Part shown: positions 56,300-64,000 of the stretch, piece after piece | Position numbering within the stretch: position 1 is the first letter of the stretch | How the letters are laid out: each line of letters starts with the position of its first letter | Assembly: GCA_001789205.1 (NCBI GenBank) | Contig: MFYT01000039.1 | Coordinates: forward strand, 85,295-149,294 | Origin: Candidatus Raymondbacteria bacterium RIFOXYA2_FULL_49_16 | GTDB lineage: Bacteria > Fibrobacterota > OXYB2-FULL-49-7 > XYB2-FULL-49-35 | Reading direction: 5' to 3' | DNA length: 64,000 nucleotides | Notes under the pieces: model-generated | Databases searched by the model: none | What the model saw: only the letters and a program-made list of their open reading frames with translations | Told to the model about the DNA's origin: nothing | Made by a program: the position numbers and the translations under genes

Positions 56300-58675
56300 T
56301 TAGTTTAGCAATATCAATTTTTTTGACATCATTACCTTGCCATTACAATGAACTTTTAATACATATATGCCTGCCGGCATATCAGATGCGTCCCATACGG
56401 CTGTTAACGAGCTTTTTATTGCCGCAGTTACTGAAGCAATCGAAGCAACCCTCCTCCCTTTTACATCAAACACGTCAAATCGCGGGGTGGCATTCTTGCC
56501 GTTAGGATTTTGCATTATAAAGCCCATGTTTTTAATCGATATTGTTGTTGATGGATTGAAGGGGTTTGGAGAAACGTCAACCCCTATGTCCGATAAAAAC
56601 CCGTTAGAAGTATATGCCTCAGTAACAAGATCCGGGGGCATGCAACCCTCGTCATGATAGGACCATTCGCTCTCAAGACCAAACAGATCGCTGTTGTTTA
56701 TTGCCAATCTGGCGGCAAAGGTAAAAAAAGTATTATTGGCCGGTTTTTTATGCACTTCTATTGCCAGGGTATTTGTTCCGTTTATTAAAAGATCTGAATA
56801 TTCTGAAATATCCGCATTTAAAAACAACCATCCTGCCGTATCAGCGGCCCAGGTGTCGTATGTCACCGGCCCTTCGGACATTTCAGCCCTCAGCACTTCG
56901 CGGCCGTTAAGATATGCCACCGAACCATAATGCAAATTCTGGTACAGCTGCAACCTGGTCACCTCGGAAACATCAGGTATGTTAAAAAGTTTCACGAAAT
57001 ATGCCGCATTTATCCCTGATGCAAGAGGCGTATTGCTGCTGTAATTACCGAAACGGGCCAGCCCGGCGCTCCAGCCGGGTCCGGTGGTAGTATAACCTGG
57101 ATTTTTCCATTGCGGTCCGCTAATGGAAGTGTCATAGACAAAGGTAATGATCTCAGGGGCTGATTCATTGCCCGAATCATCTTTCGCGCGTAGATACACT
57201 GTTTTGGTGGTTGAATATTGACAATCAACATTTGCCGTATGAACAACACCGCCGGTAATGGTAAACATATTTTCCATCTCTGCATACGATCGGTCTTCGA
57301 GGTCCCACTTTACTGTGGCATTTTCATTCGTTGCTGCCATAAGCTCCGCAGGACAGGCATGTATTACTCCTCGAGGCCCGGCCGAGACAAAGCGCGGGTC
57401 ATAATAGTCGTTTGTGTCCGCCAGAAACGTAATGACCGCGGACGTGTCCATTATATTTGGCGTTGGTTCATCATCAGCCGCCCGGATATAAAGAGTCTTT
57501 GTTTCCCCCTGCAGACAGGTAATGACCGTGCTGTGTAAAACGTCTCCGGTAATAGAAAATGTATTGGCCATACTGCCGTATTCCTGGTTGGTATAGCTCC
57601 ATTTTACCGTAGAGTTCTCATTCGTATTTACTGTAATGACCGCATCAAGAGATCGTACGGTATCAATCATGGACAGGCCCGGAGAAAAAACGGTAAAATA
57701 AGGCGCCTCCCTGTCCGGTGCGTCATTTACCGTCCAGAGATTCGCTATCTGCCAATCAGGATCATCGGCCTCCCAATTCCACAGACCTTTTTTCACCATA
57801 AAAGTAACGCTGTCATCATCAACCTGGATCCAGACAATTCCCATTCGCGGATCGTTCATTGCTATGCCGACATGTCCTGGATCTATCTGCCATATGCCGT
57901 CATCTTCATGCGCCCTGATATCAGTCCTCTCCGCGGTCTCATAACATCCGGTATCAGTTGCGCAGGGTCCGTCAGGATCTTTTATACGAAGAATATCGTA
58001 CCAGTGGGTGTGGCCCACAAGAACACCTTTAACTTTATTGCCGTGAGAGATAAGCATGTTCCAGAAATCTGGGACCCAGCTCCCTCTGCCTTCGATTGAT
58101 GTATGGCGCTGCCGTGCAAATGCGGGACAATGAAAAGCGATAAAAACATGTTTATTATTACCGGCTCCCGCAATCATGCTGCTGACTGAGTCTATCCAGC
58201 CGGTTTCTCCCCAGAAAGCGGTATACTGATCAAGGACAATCAGGCGAACGTTTTTCCAGTCTACATAATAGTTAAGGCCATCGCTAAAAACCGTCGTGCT
58301 GTCCTGCTTAACAAGAATGGAATCAACCATATATTCAACACAGGTCACGCCGCTCACTGCCGAACACCCTGATTCAACATCATGGTTCCCGTTAACAGGG
58401 AAATAGGCAACGCCATTGCTGTTGGCCCTCACCACATCATATAGAAGGCTATCTCCCACGGAGCTTGCTAGGCTAAGGTCGCCCCCAGCCACAATAAACT
58501 CAGCTTTCGGAAACGCAGGAGATGTATTTACCGTAGCATTAGTCAGTTCTTTGCAGGCCCATCGTACTGGTTTTTCACTGGTCAGATTATCGGCATAATA
58601 ACCGAAGCTCCATTTTTCACCAAACGCAACGGTGCTCAATAGAAGAATAATTGTAATCAGCAGGTAATTTGTCAT
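56300..58675 (-). CDS. T9SS-sorted secreted metallophosphoesterase with duplicated beta-sandwich domains (paralog of the ORFs at 4364 and 54163)
   Basis: 'VAGGDLSLAS','NGNHDVE','VGHTHWY'. Two 'TITGxVxHST' repeat domains. C-terminal sorting domain 'VSPNPFNPSTTISIKN...KVMMSKKLILLN'. Confidence 0.7.
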   Translation of the reverse strand: MTNYLLITIILLLSTVAFGEKWSFGYYADNLTSEKPVRWACKELTNATVNTSPAFPKAEFIVAGGDLSLASSVGDSLLYDVVRANSNGVAYFPVNGNHDVESGCSAVSGVTCVEYMVDSILVKQDSTTVFSDGLNYYVDWKNVRLIVLDQYTAFWGETGWIDSVSSMIAGAGNNKHVFIAFHCPAFARQRHTSIEGRGSWVPDFWNMLISHGNKVKGVLVGHTHWYDILRIKDPDGPCATDTGCYETAERTDIRAHEDDGIWQIDPGHVGIAMNDPRMGIVWIQVDDDSVTFMVKKGLWNWEADDPDWQIANLWTVNDAPDREAPYFTVFSPGLSMIDTVRSLDAVITVNTNENSTVKWSYTNQEYGSMANTFSITGDVLHSTVITCLQGETKTLYIRAADDEPTPNIMDTSAVITFLADTNDYYDPRFVSAGPRGVIHACPAELMAATNENATVKWDLEDRSYAEMENMFTITGGVVHTANVDCQYSTTKTVYLRAKDDSGNESAPEIITFVYDTSISGPQWKNPGYTTTGPGWSAGLARFGNYSSNTPLASGINAAYFVKLFNIPDVSEVTRLQLYQNLHYGSVAYLNGREVLRAEMSEGPVTYDTWAADTAGWLFLNADISEYSDLLINGTNTLAIEVHKKPANNTFFTFAARLAINNSDLFGLESEWSYHDEGCMPPDLVTEAYTSNGFLSDIGVDVSPNPFNPSTTISIKNMGFIMQNPNGKNATPRFDVFDVKGRRVASIASVTAAIKSSLTAVWDASDMPAGIYVLKVHCNGKVMMSKKLILLN

Positions 58676-58830
58676 AACGTGCGTCCGAATAAAAAATTTT
58701 AGTTTAAAAACAGATGTTCATTATAAAATATAATTAATATTGGCCTTTTTATTAGCAAAAATCGAGTTAAATATTTAATAAGTATAGATAAGAATAGATA
58801 TGTTGCTTATTTTTGTGTATATTTATTTTA

Positions 58831-59889
58831 ATGAAATATATTCATTTGTATGAATTATTGAAAAAAGAGATTTTAGAACAAAAATTCGCTCCTGGAGCAA
58901 AGCTACCGCCAATCAACCATCTCATCACAGACCTAAAAGCTTCATATGTTACTGTTCGCCACGCCTTGAAACTGCTCCAGCAGGAAGGGCTGATAAAAGG
59001 CGTGCGTTCAAAAGGGACCTTTGTCCGGGATTTGTCAGGGTTTGCGCCCTTTCCCCAGGAAAAAGAACGTTACCGCGTGGCTGTGCTTACTCCTGAACAG
59101 TTGTCCCGATCCATGACCGAACCCTACTTCAATAAGATATTCTGGGGCATTGAAGACGCGCTTTCGGAAATGAAGGGGTTGGCCTATGCGTTTTCAAACA
59201 AGGACAAAAATTTGCGAGAGATACTTAGGGAGCTAAATGTGCTCCAGATACATGCACTTATCACGGTCGGCCTGGAAGAAACAGGCTTCCGTACTGAACT
59301 GGACCGGATTGCCATGCCTGTTGTACATACTGATATTGAAGAAAAGTGCCATACCCGGTCAATTATAACAGCGGACAACCGGCAGGGTGGCCGCCTGGCC
59401 TTTGAAAAGCTCCGCTCCCTGGGCCACAGTAAGATCCTTTTTATCGAGGCATTCAACCAGAATATTAAAAAGATCGATTCCACCACTCTGCAGCGGTTCA
59501 AAGGGGCACGCGAGGCCGCGCGGCGCATAGGTTTCAGAGGACTCATGCGACGTAGTGTTTCGCACGAGCGCACCACGCGTGTGCGCGATATGCGTGCGCT
59601 GCTTGAGGAATGCGGCGCTTTTACAGGACTTGTCTTTTGTTCCTCAACGCTTTTCGGAATTGCCAAAGAGTATCTTGAAAATAAGCCGGTAGATCAGACA
59701 AAGCCGCTGGACATTGTCCTGTTTGACCTGAATGACGATCCTGAATTCATCCACCGCAAGCCAGTATGGTTCTGCAAGTGGGACGGGCAGGCCATGGGGA
59801 AGAAAGCAGTGCAGCTTGCTTTTGGACCCCGGAGCGCCCCCGGTCAGACGCATTATTTCCCTATGTTTTTACAAAGAAATATTCAGTAG
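58831..59889 (+). CDS. GntR-family HTH regulator fused to a LacI/periplasmic-binding-protein-like sugar-binding domain
   Basis: N-terminal winged HTH 'LPPINHLITDLKASYVTVRHALKLLQQEGLI'. C-terminal PBP-like region. A TTG at 58813 is a possible alternative start. Confidence 0.65.
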   Translation: MKYIHLYELLKKEILEQKFAPGAKLPPINHLITDLKASYVTVRHALKLLQQEGLIKGVRSKGTFVRDLSGFAPFPQEKERYRVAVLTPEQLSRSMTEPYFNKIFWGIEDALSEMKGLAYAFSNKDKNLREILRELNVLQIHALITVGLEETGFRTELDRIAMPVVHTDIEEKCHTRSIITADNRQGGRLAFEKLRSLGHSKILFIEAFNQNIKKIDSTTLQRFKGAREAARRIGFRGLMRRSVSHERTTRVRDMRALLEECGAFTGLVFCSSTLFGIAKEYLENKPVDQTKPLDIVLFDLNDDPEFIHRKPVWFCKWDGQAMGKKAVQLAFGPRSAPGQTHYFPMFLQRNIQ

Positions 59890-59933
59890 TATTTCTTCTT
59901 GAATTAATATATATTACCAATAGATAAACACAT

Positions 59934-59963
59934 ATACGCATAGATATGCATAGAAATACATAG
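59934..59963 (+). promoter_or_regulatory. Three tandem 10-bp repeats (ATACGCATAG / ATATGCATAG / AAATACATAG) ending 7 nt before the MerR-fusion start codon
   Basis: Read directly from sequence. A related ATAGATA pair sits at 58785-58801, upstream of the GntR gene. Confidence 0.4.
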
Positions 59964-59970
59964 GTTTACT

Positions 59971-60741
59971 ATGGAAAAAGAATTACTATCGATTGGTGAA
60001 ACAAGCAAGCTGATAGGCATATCTATCGATACTATCCGGCGCTGGGAAAAGGATGGGATGCTGAAATCATTCCGGCCATCGCCAAGCGGTAACCGGTATT
60101 TCCGCAAAAAGGACATTACTGCTTTTCTTGCAAGGGAAAATCCTTTGGCAATCGGTTCCCTGGCGGGAAAAGCACGGGATTGGGTACTTGGTGCAACACC
60201 GGCCCCGCTTCCATCAACATTGCATTGCGAAACGAGCGATATCTTTAATGCGCGTCTCACCCTATTCGGACATGAGATCGGAAGCCTTCCGTATCTAAAG
60301 GATATTTTTCCGCTTGTCGTGGCAATTGCAGGTGAAATAGGGAACAATTCATACAACCATAATCTGGGAAATTGGCCCGATATGCCCGGCGCTTTTTTTG
60401 GCTACAATTTGTCAGAAGGCCTGGTTATGCTGGCAGACCGGGGGCAGGGGGTCTATGCGACGTTAAAACGTGTTTTGCCCGATTTGAAGGATGACAAGGA
60501 CGCGCTTGACGTTGCATTCACGCAGCACGTCTCGGGCCGTGCGCCTGAAAACCGGGGAAATGGATTGAAATTTGTCAAGGATGTGGTTCTGGCCAACCCC
60601 TTATCGCTTCAGTTCGCATCGGGTTCCGCTGAACTGATATTGAACCGTGTGCCGGGAAAAATGGAAAACATTGAGGCCGGGGTTCCGGTTCACGGATGTC
60701 TGGCTCGTATCGTTTTTCCTCGGAAAGGAATTAATCCATGA
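59971..60741 (+). CDS. MerR-type HTH fused to a GHKL/HATPase_c-like (anti-sigma-factor-kinase-like) domain
   Basis: MerR HTH 'LSIGETSKLIGISIDTIRRWEKDGML'. C-terminal 'LADRGQGV' (G1-like) and 'NRGNGLKFV' (G2-like). The stop overlaps the next start. Confidence 0.55.
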   Translation: MEKELLSIGETSKLIGISIDTIRRWEKDGMLKSFRPSPSGNRYFRKKDITAFLARENPLAIGSLAGKARDWVLGATPAPLPSTLHCETSDIFNARLTLFGHEIGSLPYLKDIFPLVVAIAGEIGNNSYNHNLGNWPDMPGAFFGYNLSEGLVMLADRGQGVYATLKRVLPDLKDDKDALDVAFTQHVSGRAPENRGNGLKFVKDVVLANPLSLQFASGSAELILNRVPGKMENIEAGVPVHGCLARIVFPRKGINP

Positions 60742-61016
60742 AAATCCAGGTGGGCAAATTCGGGACCATGCTTTTCGCGCGACCGGCTGGCAAAGAGGCT
60801 TTTCTGGCATTGCAACCCCTGCTCAGAGGCATGGACGATTCCGAGGAGGTTGTGGTTGATTTTTCCGATGTCGCCGTGATGACCCCATCGTGGGCCGATG
60901 AATTCGTGACCCCTTTGCGGAGTCAATTTCAGGGGCGCGTGCGTCTGCTGAATACGGAGAATCCTTCTGTCAAAGCAACGCTTGAGACACTTAAAAAGGC
61001 TTGCCGACGGCCATGA
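60738..61016 (+). CDS. STAS-like (DUF4325-type) small protein, putative partner of the HATPase domain
   Basis: 92 aa. 'EEVVVDFSDVAVMTPSWADEF' matches the DUF4325/STAS pattern. Translationally coupled on both sides. Confidence 0.5.
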   Translation: MKIQVGKFGTMLFARPAGKEAFLALQPLLRGMDDSEEVVVDFSDVAVMTPSWADEFVTPLRSQFQGRVRLLNTENPSVKATLETLKKACRRP

Positions 61017-63169
61017 CCATGGCACGCGGCATCCTGCAGGTTCTATTGATTGTTCTGACATGCATGACTTTTATTCCGGCAAGCGTTCTAAAAAATTCTT
61101 TTTTCACCTCCTCATTTGAAAGCGGCCCTGCCCTTATACAAGAGTCTTCGGTACAGAACAAAAAGAGTATGCTATACGAAGCCAGCGGCTTGGACCAATG
61201 GGTTTCACAGAATGGCCAGGGTTGGATTACTGTGCCGGAAAATATCGAACCGGTTTACTTTACCTATGCCCGTAGAACCGGAAATGTTTTCCAAGGCGTT
61301 TCCGGTCTCACGGGAAAATGGTCGGAATATTCAGAGGTGCGGACACGTGGATTCTACGGATGGGATGATATACCCACGGCCTGCGTGTCGCTTGTCCAGG
61401 GTATCCATGGACCAGGAGCCGCAAAGATCACCTTTCATACCAGCGACAAATATTGCCACCTTTTTGCCGCCATTCAGCCTCGAACAGAGTTGTACGGACG
61501 CTTTTACGTCAGGGTGTCCGAAGAGGCGATCAACTCGCTGTCAAAAGACCACGCGATTGCATGGTTCTACGAGCATATGTCCGACATTCACGGCCATTTC
61601 CGTATCGGGTGCGTGTTCCGGAACAATGAACCGGTTTTGTGTGCGCGGTTCCATATTTATACTGGAACGGAGAATGAGAAGCATGATGTGTATATGTACG
61701 GAAAAAATGCCGTTATTTCCGGGCAGGATTACTGTGTGGAGTTTTATTATCAGTGTGAATCCGACAACACCGGAGGTGCGCGTTTCTGGATAGATGGCGT
61801 GCTTGCGGCCGACAGTGCACGGTATCGTCTCCGGAACATGGGTGCTGTACAGCGCGTTCATTTCGGCGCTTTTTCGCGGGCAAAGTTTGATACCGGAAAT
61901 ATCATTATCGACGATATCGCATTTTCCAGCGAACGCGTTGGCCCTATCCCAGGGGTCGATTCCCTTTCTTTCCAGGACAATGTTTTTTCCCTGTTCTCTC
62001 GCGACCCATATATCCACATGCAGGTTCAGGCCGTGGATTCGTGCGTTCCCTGGTTTTTGGCTGGTTTCAACAGCGGGATTCTGAAAAAAGGAGACTCGCG
62101 ACTGTCCCATGCTTTAAACAACGCGGCTTTTATCAGGGCCCGTATACAAAACGCCTATGGGACCTGGAGCGAGTGGCGCGCTATCGCATCAGGCAGGAAC
62201 GTGGGTGCTTTCCCTCTCCAGAAGAGGGATTCCCTGGTGTGCGGCATTACGCTGACAGCGCTTGGAAAGGAAAAGCCTTTAAACTCGCTGCGGCCGGGCG
62301 AATGGGTCACGCTCCATATGAATTTTTCAGAGCTTCCCACGCGGGCGGATGTACTGTTGTCGCAATTCACCAACCGATCAGCATCGCTTCCTGGAAATTA
62401 CGGAAACGGTGATAAGAGGTCGAATTATTATTTTAGAATTTCATTGGGAGAAAGTCTTTTATGGACGCACAAGTTCGAAGGCGAAAGCGTGTTGTACGAG
62501 ATAAGCGGGCAAAAGCACGAGTATGTCAGGGACCATGGACTTGTCATAGACACGGTCGCCAAATCTATCTTGCTTACCTTCAGACTTTCTGACAGCGCAA
62601 AGACCGGGCCTTGGCTGTTGCAGGCTGTTGCCTATGATTCCATTGGGATGACTGGCGCAAAACCAATGCTGGTACCTTTCAACGTATCTGATATCCAAGA
62701 AGGAACAAAAAGAGTTCCCTTCGGGGGCATCGCGGTCATGATTGCGCTTGTCGTTGCCCTTGGCGCGGGCCTCATATTTGTTTTCAGAAAGGTACGTCCG
62801 GGAAAAACAGAGGGCGTGTCTTATTCAAGCAATCCGACTATACGACGGGCGCAGGAGATTATCAGCGAAGAGATCAGTAATCCAGCGCTTGATGTGGAAT
62901 TGGTTTCGGAAAAACTCAAGATAAGCAAAAGCAATCTCAGTTCGCAGTTTAAAAAAGAGACTGGACATTCGTTTCCTCAGTATTTAAATATGCTAAGAAT
63001 AGAAAAAGCAAAAGAATTGTTAAAAACATCAAATTTGAATGTTTCGGAAATAGCATTCCATGTCGGATACGGCACATATGAGCATTTCAACTATATTTTC
63101 AATCAGTATGAGAAGATACCTGCGAGCGAATTCCGCAAAAAAGCTGGCATGGAAAGGCTGAATAGATAA
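61013..63169 (+). CDS. Membrane-anchored AraC-family regulator with a large (about 570 aa) extracytoplasmic N-terminal domain
   Basis: Signal/TM 'GILQVLLIVLTCMTFIPA'. TM 'GGIAVMIALVVALGAGLIFVF'. C-terminal AraC HTH 'VSEIAFHVGYGTYEHFNYIFNQYEKIPASEFR'. The ATG overlaps the STAS gene stop (ATGA). Confidence 0.7.
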   Translation: MTMARGILQVLLIVLTCMTFIPASVLKNSFFTSSFESGPALIQESSVQNKKSMLYEASGLDQWVSQNGQGWITVPENIEPVYFTYARRTGNVFQGVSGLTGKWSEYSEVRTRGFYGWDDIPTACVSLVQGIHGPGAAKITFHTSDKYCHLFAAIQPRTELYGRFYVRVSEEAINSLSKDHAIAWFYEHMSDIHGHFRIGCVFRNNEPVLCARFHIYTGTENEKHDVYMYGKNAVISGQDYCVEFYYQCESDNTGGARFWIDGVLAADSARYRLRNMGAVQRVHFGAFSRAKFDTGNIIIDDIAFSSERVGPIPGVDSLSFQDNVFSLFSRDPYIHMQVQAVDSCVPWFLAGFNSGILKKGDSRLSHALNNAAFIRARIQNAYGTWSEWRAIASGRNVGAFPLQKRDSLVCGITLTALGKEKPLNSLRPGEWVTLHMNFSELPTRADVLLSQFTNRSASLPGNYGNGDKRSNYYFRISLGESLLWTHKFEGESVLYEISGQKHEYVRDHGLVIDTVAKSILLTFRLSDSAKTGPWLLQAVAYDSIGMTGAKPMLVPFNVSDIQEGTKRVPFGGIAVMIALVVALGAGLIFVFRKVRPGKTEGVSYSSNPTIRRAQEIISEEISNPALDVELVSEKLKISKSNLSSQFKKETGHSFPQYLNMLRIEKAKELLKTSNLNVSEIAFHVGYGTYEHFNYIFNQYEKIPASEFRKKAGMERLNR

Positions 63170-63223
63170 AATTTCATGTTTTTGTAAGAATTCCCACCTC
63201 TTTCCTGAAGAAATCTCACTCGT

Positions 63224-63345
63224 CTCCCTGCACTTTGAAGCTATTATTACAACTGGTGAAAGTCCAGTCAGGGGAAAGGTGGAATTGATGAGCCCGCGCA
63301 TCACGGTAAAGAGTCGTAATGGGTAGAAACTTTATTTAGGAGGTT
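63224..63345 (+). ncRNA. Possible structured 5' leader with cobalamin-riboswitch-like core elements (weak)
   Basis: 'ACTGGTGAAAGTCCAGT' fits the GGUGxAAxUCC element. 'GAGCCCGCGCATCACGGTAAAG' resembles 'GCxGCCCCCGCAACUGUAAG'. The B12 box is poor or absent. Confidence 0.2.
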
Positions 63346-63349
63346 AACG

Positions 63350-64000
63350 ATGCTGTCAGTACACAAGCGAGTAGTAGCGAATAGCCCTGTGCGAGAAAAC
63401 CGCACGCAAGGATCCGTGGGAGGGGTGCCGGGTAACCGGCGTTCCTATCCCAATCGTATCTTTTTTTTAATTTTTTTGTCCGTTTCCTTAAGCTTTGGCC
63501 AGCTATATGAATATATAAACGACCCATTGACAGATGGCGCTACCTTAGCCAAGGAAACGCAGGAAGGCTCGTTGGGGGCCGACGGCTGGAAGAGCCTCAC
63601 AAACACAGCATATCTGATGTATGAATTGCCTGAAAATACAAAATCCGGGAAATTGATATTTGAAGTCAAGGGATTCGAAGAGAATGCCGGAGAAGGCAAC
63701 GCGCGCCAGAACTGTATTGCATTGTATAATCTGTATCAGGCAACTGGCAACTATGTGGTAAAATCCAACACCGGCCAAGCCGGTATTATGTGGCGCTATT
63801 ATTATACAGATTTAGATGCGCACGGGCCTGGCGATGTACGGTTCAGGATCGAAGGACTCAATGTCTATGCGGAAGTGCAGCGTGATACCGAAAACCCGGG
63901 CTGGGACCAGAATACATGGTACACCATAGAGTTTGGCTGGAGCCAGACCAATGCGTACTGGAAGCGGAACGGTCAACAGTTCGCTACAATGTCATTTCCA
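63350..64000 (+). CDS. Hypothetical secreted protein, N-terminal fragment; ORF runs off the right window edge
   Basis: RBS GGAGG 8 nt upstream of the ATG. Open frame to the window end. Hydrophobic segment 'IFFLIFLSVSLSF'. Not in the six-frame track because there is no in-window stop. Confidence 0.5.
   Translation, partial: MLSVHKRVVANSPVRENRTQGSVGGVPGNRRSYPNRIFFLIFLSVSLSFGQLYEYINDPLTDGATLAKETQEGSLGADGWKSLTNTAYLMYELPENTKSGKLIFEVKGFEENAGEGNARQNCIALYNLYQATGNYVVKSNTGQAGIMWRYYYTDLDAHGPGDVRFRIEGLNVYAEVQRDTENPGWDQNTWYTIEFGWSQTNAYWKRNGQQFATMSFP

Noticed and set aside
1-64000. CRISPR arrays, tRNA and rRNA genes
   Set aside because: I found no regularly spaced direct repeats, no cloverleaf-like conserved tRNA features in the few intergenic gaps over 150 nt (9529-9741, 11994-12307, 25049-25392, 31122-31410, 58676-58830), and no rRNA-like sequence.

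Overview
This 64-kb window is a gene-dense stretch (about 52% GC, mostly coding, frequent 1- or 4-nt stop/start overlaps) from a Gram-negative bacterium that uses a type IX secretion system (T9SS). The organism is probably from the FCB group or an allied candidate phylum. Seven secreted proteins end in a T9SS C-terminal sorting domain (motif 'PNPFNP...'). From left to right the window contains: a partial AAA_21-like ATPase; a motA-motB stator pair with a sigma-28-like promoter; a B12-radical-SAM plus PAP2 pair; secreted purple-acid-phosphatase-like metallophosphoesterases; four membrane-anchored AraC regulators built as periplasmic sensor domain, one transmembrane helix, then AraC helix-turn-helix; a HigB/HigA-like toxin-antitoxin pair; an IS1380-like element (19-bp inverted repeats, frameshifted transposase) inserted 26 bp upstream of one AraC gene; and a roughly 14.5-kb accessory segment bounded by 98-bp direct repeats. 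That accessory segment carries two MacB-type ABC exporters with a LolA-like protein and an outer-membrane barrel, an arsM-arsR-arsC-acr3 arsenic operon, and a second cluster (ArsR, ferredoxin-like, thioredoxin-like, ArsP-type permease, thioredoxin-like, CcdA-like). It ends in a 27-codon remnant of an AraC gene. Downstream lie a TetR-regulated MMPL exporter module, a glycoside locus (IclR regulator, two PF12831 FAD oxidoreductases, GH1 beta-glucosidase, beta-helix protein, glycosyltransferase, DUF1593 protein), a GntR/PBP regulator, and a MerR-HATPase fusion with a STAS-like partner translationally coupled to a transmembrane AraC regulator. The most unusual locus is at 46.4-54.1 kb. It is a tightly coupled operon: radical SAM/SPASM enzyme, a 57-aa peptide, a TPR membrane protein, a degenerate-phosphatase/TPR membrane protein, a second paralogous 57-aa peptide, a TlpA-like thioredoxin, a membrane-anchored metallophosphoesterase with a thioredoxin-fold tail, and a lipoprotein. 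Both peptides share the core 'LKIKxGYNPNSSSIG', preserved through synonymous codon changes. This matches no system I recognise and is the best candidate for something undescribed. No rRNA, tRNA or CRISPR arrays were seen.
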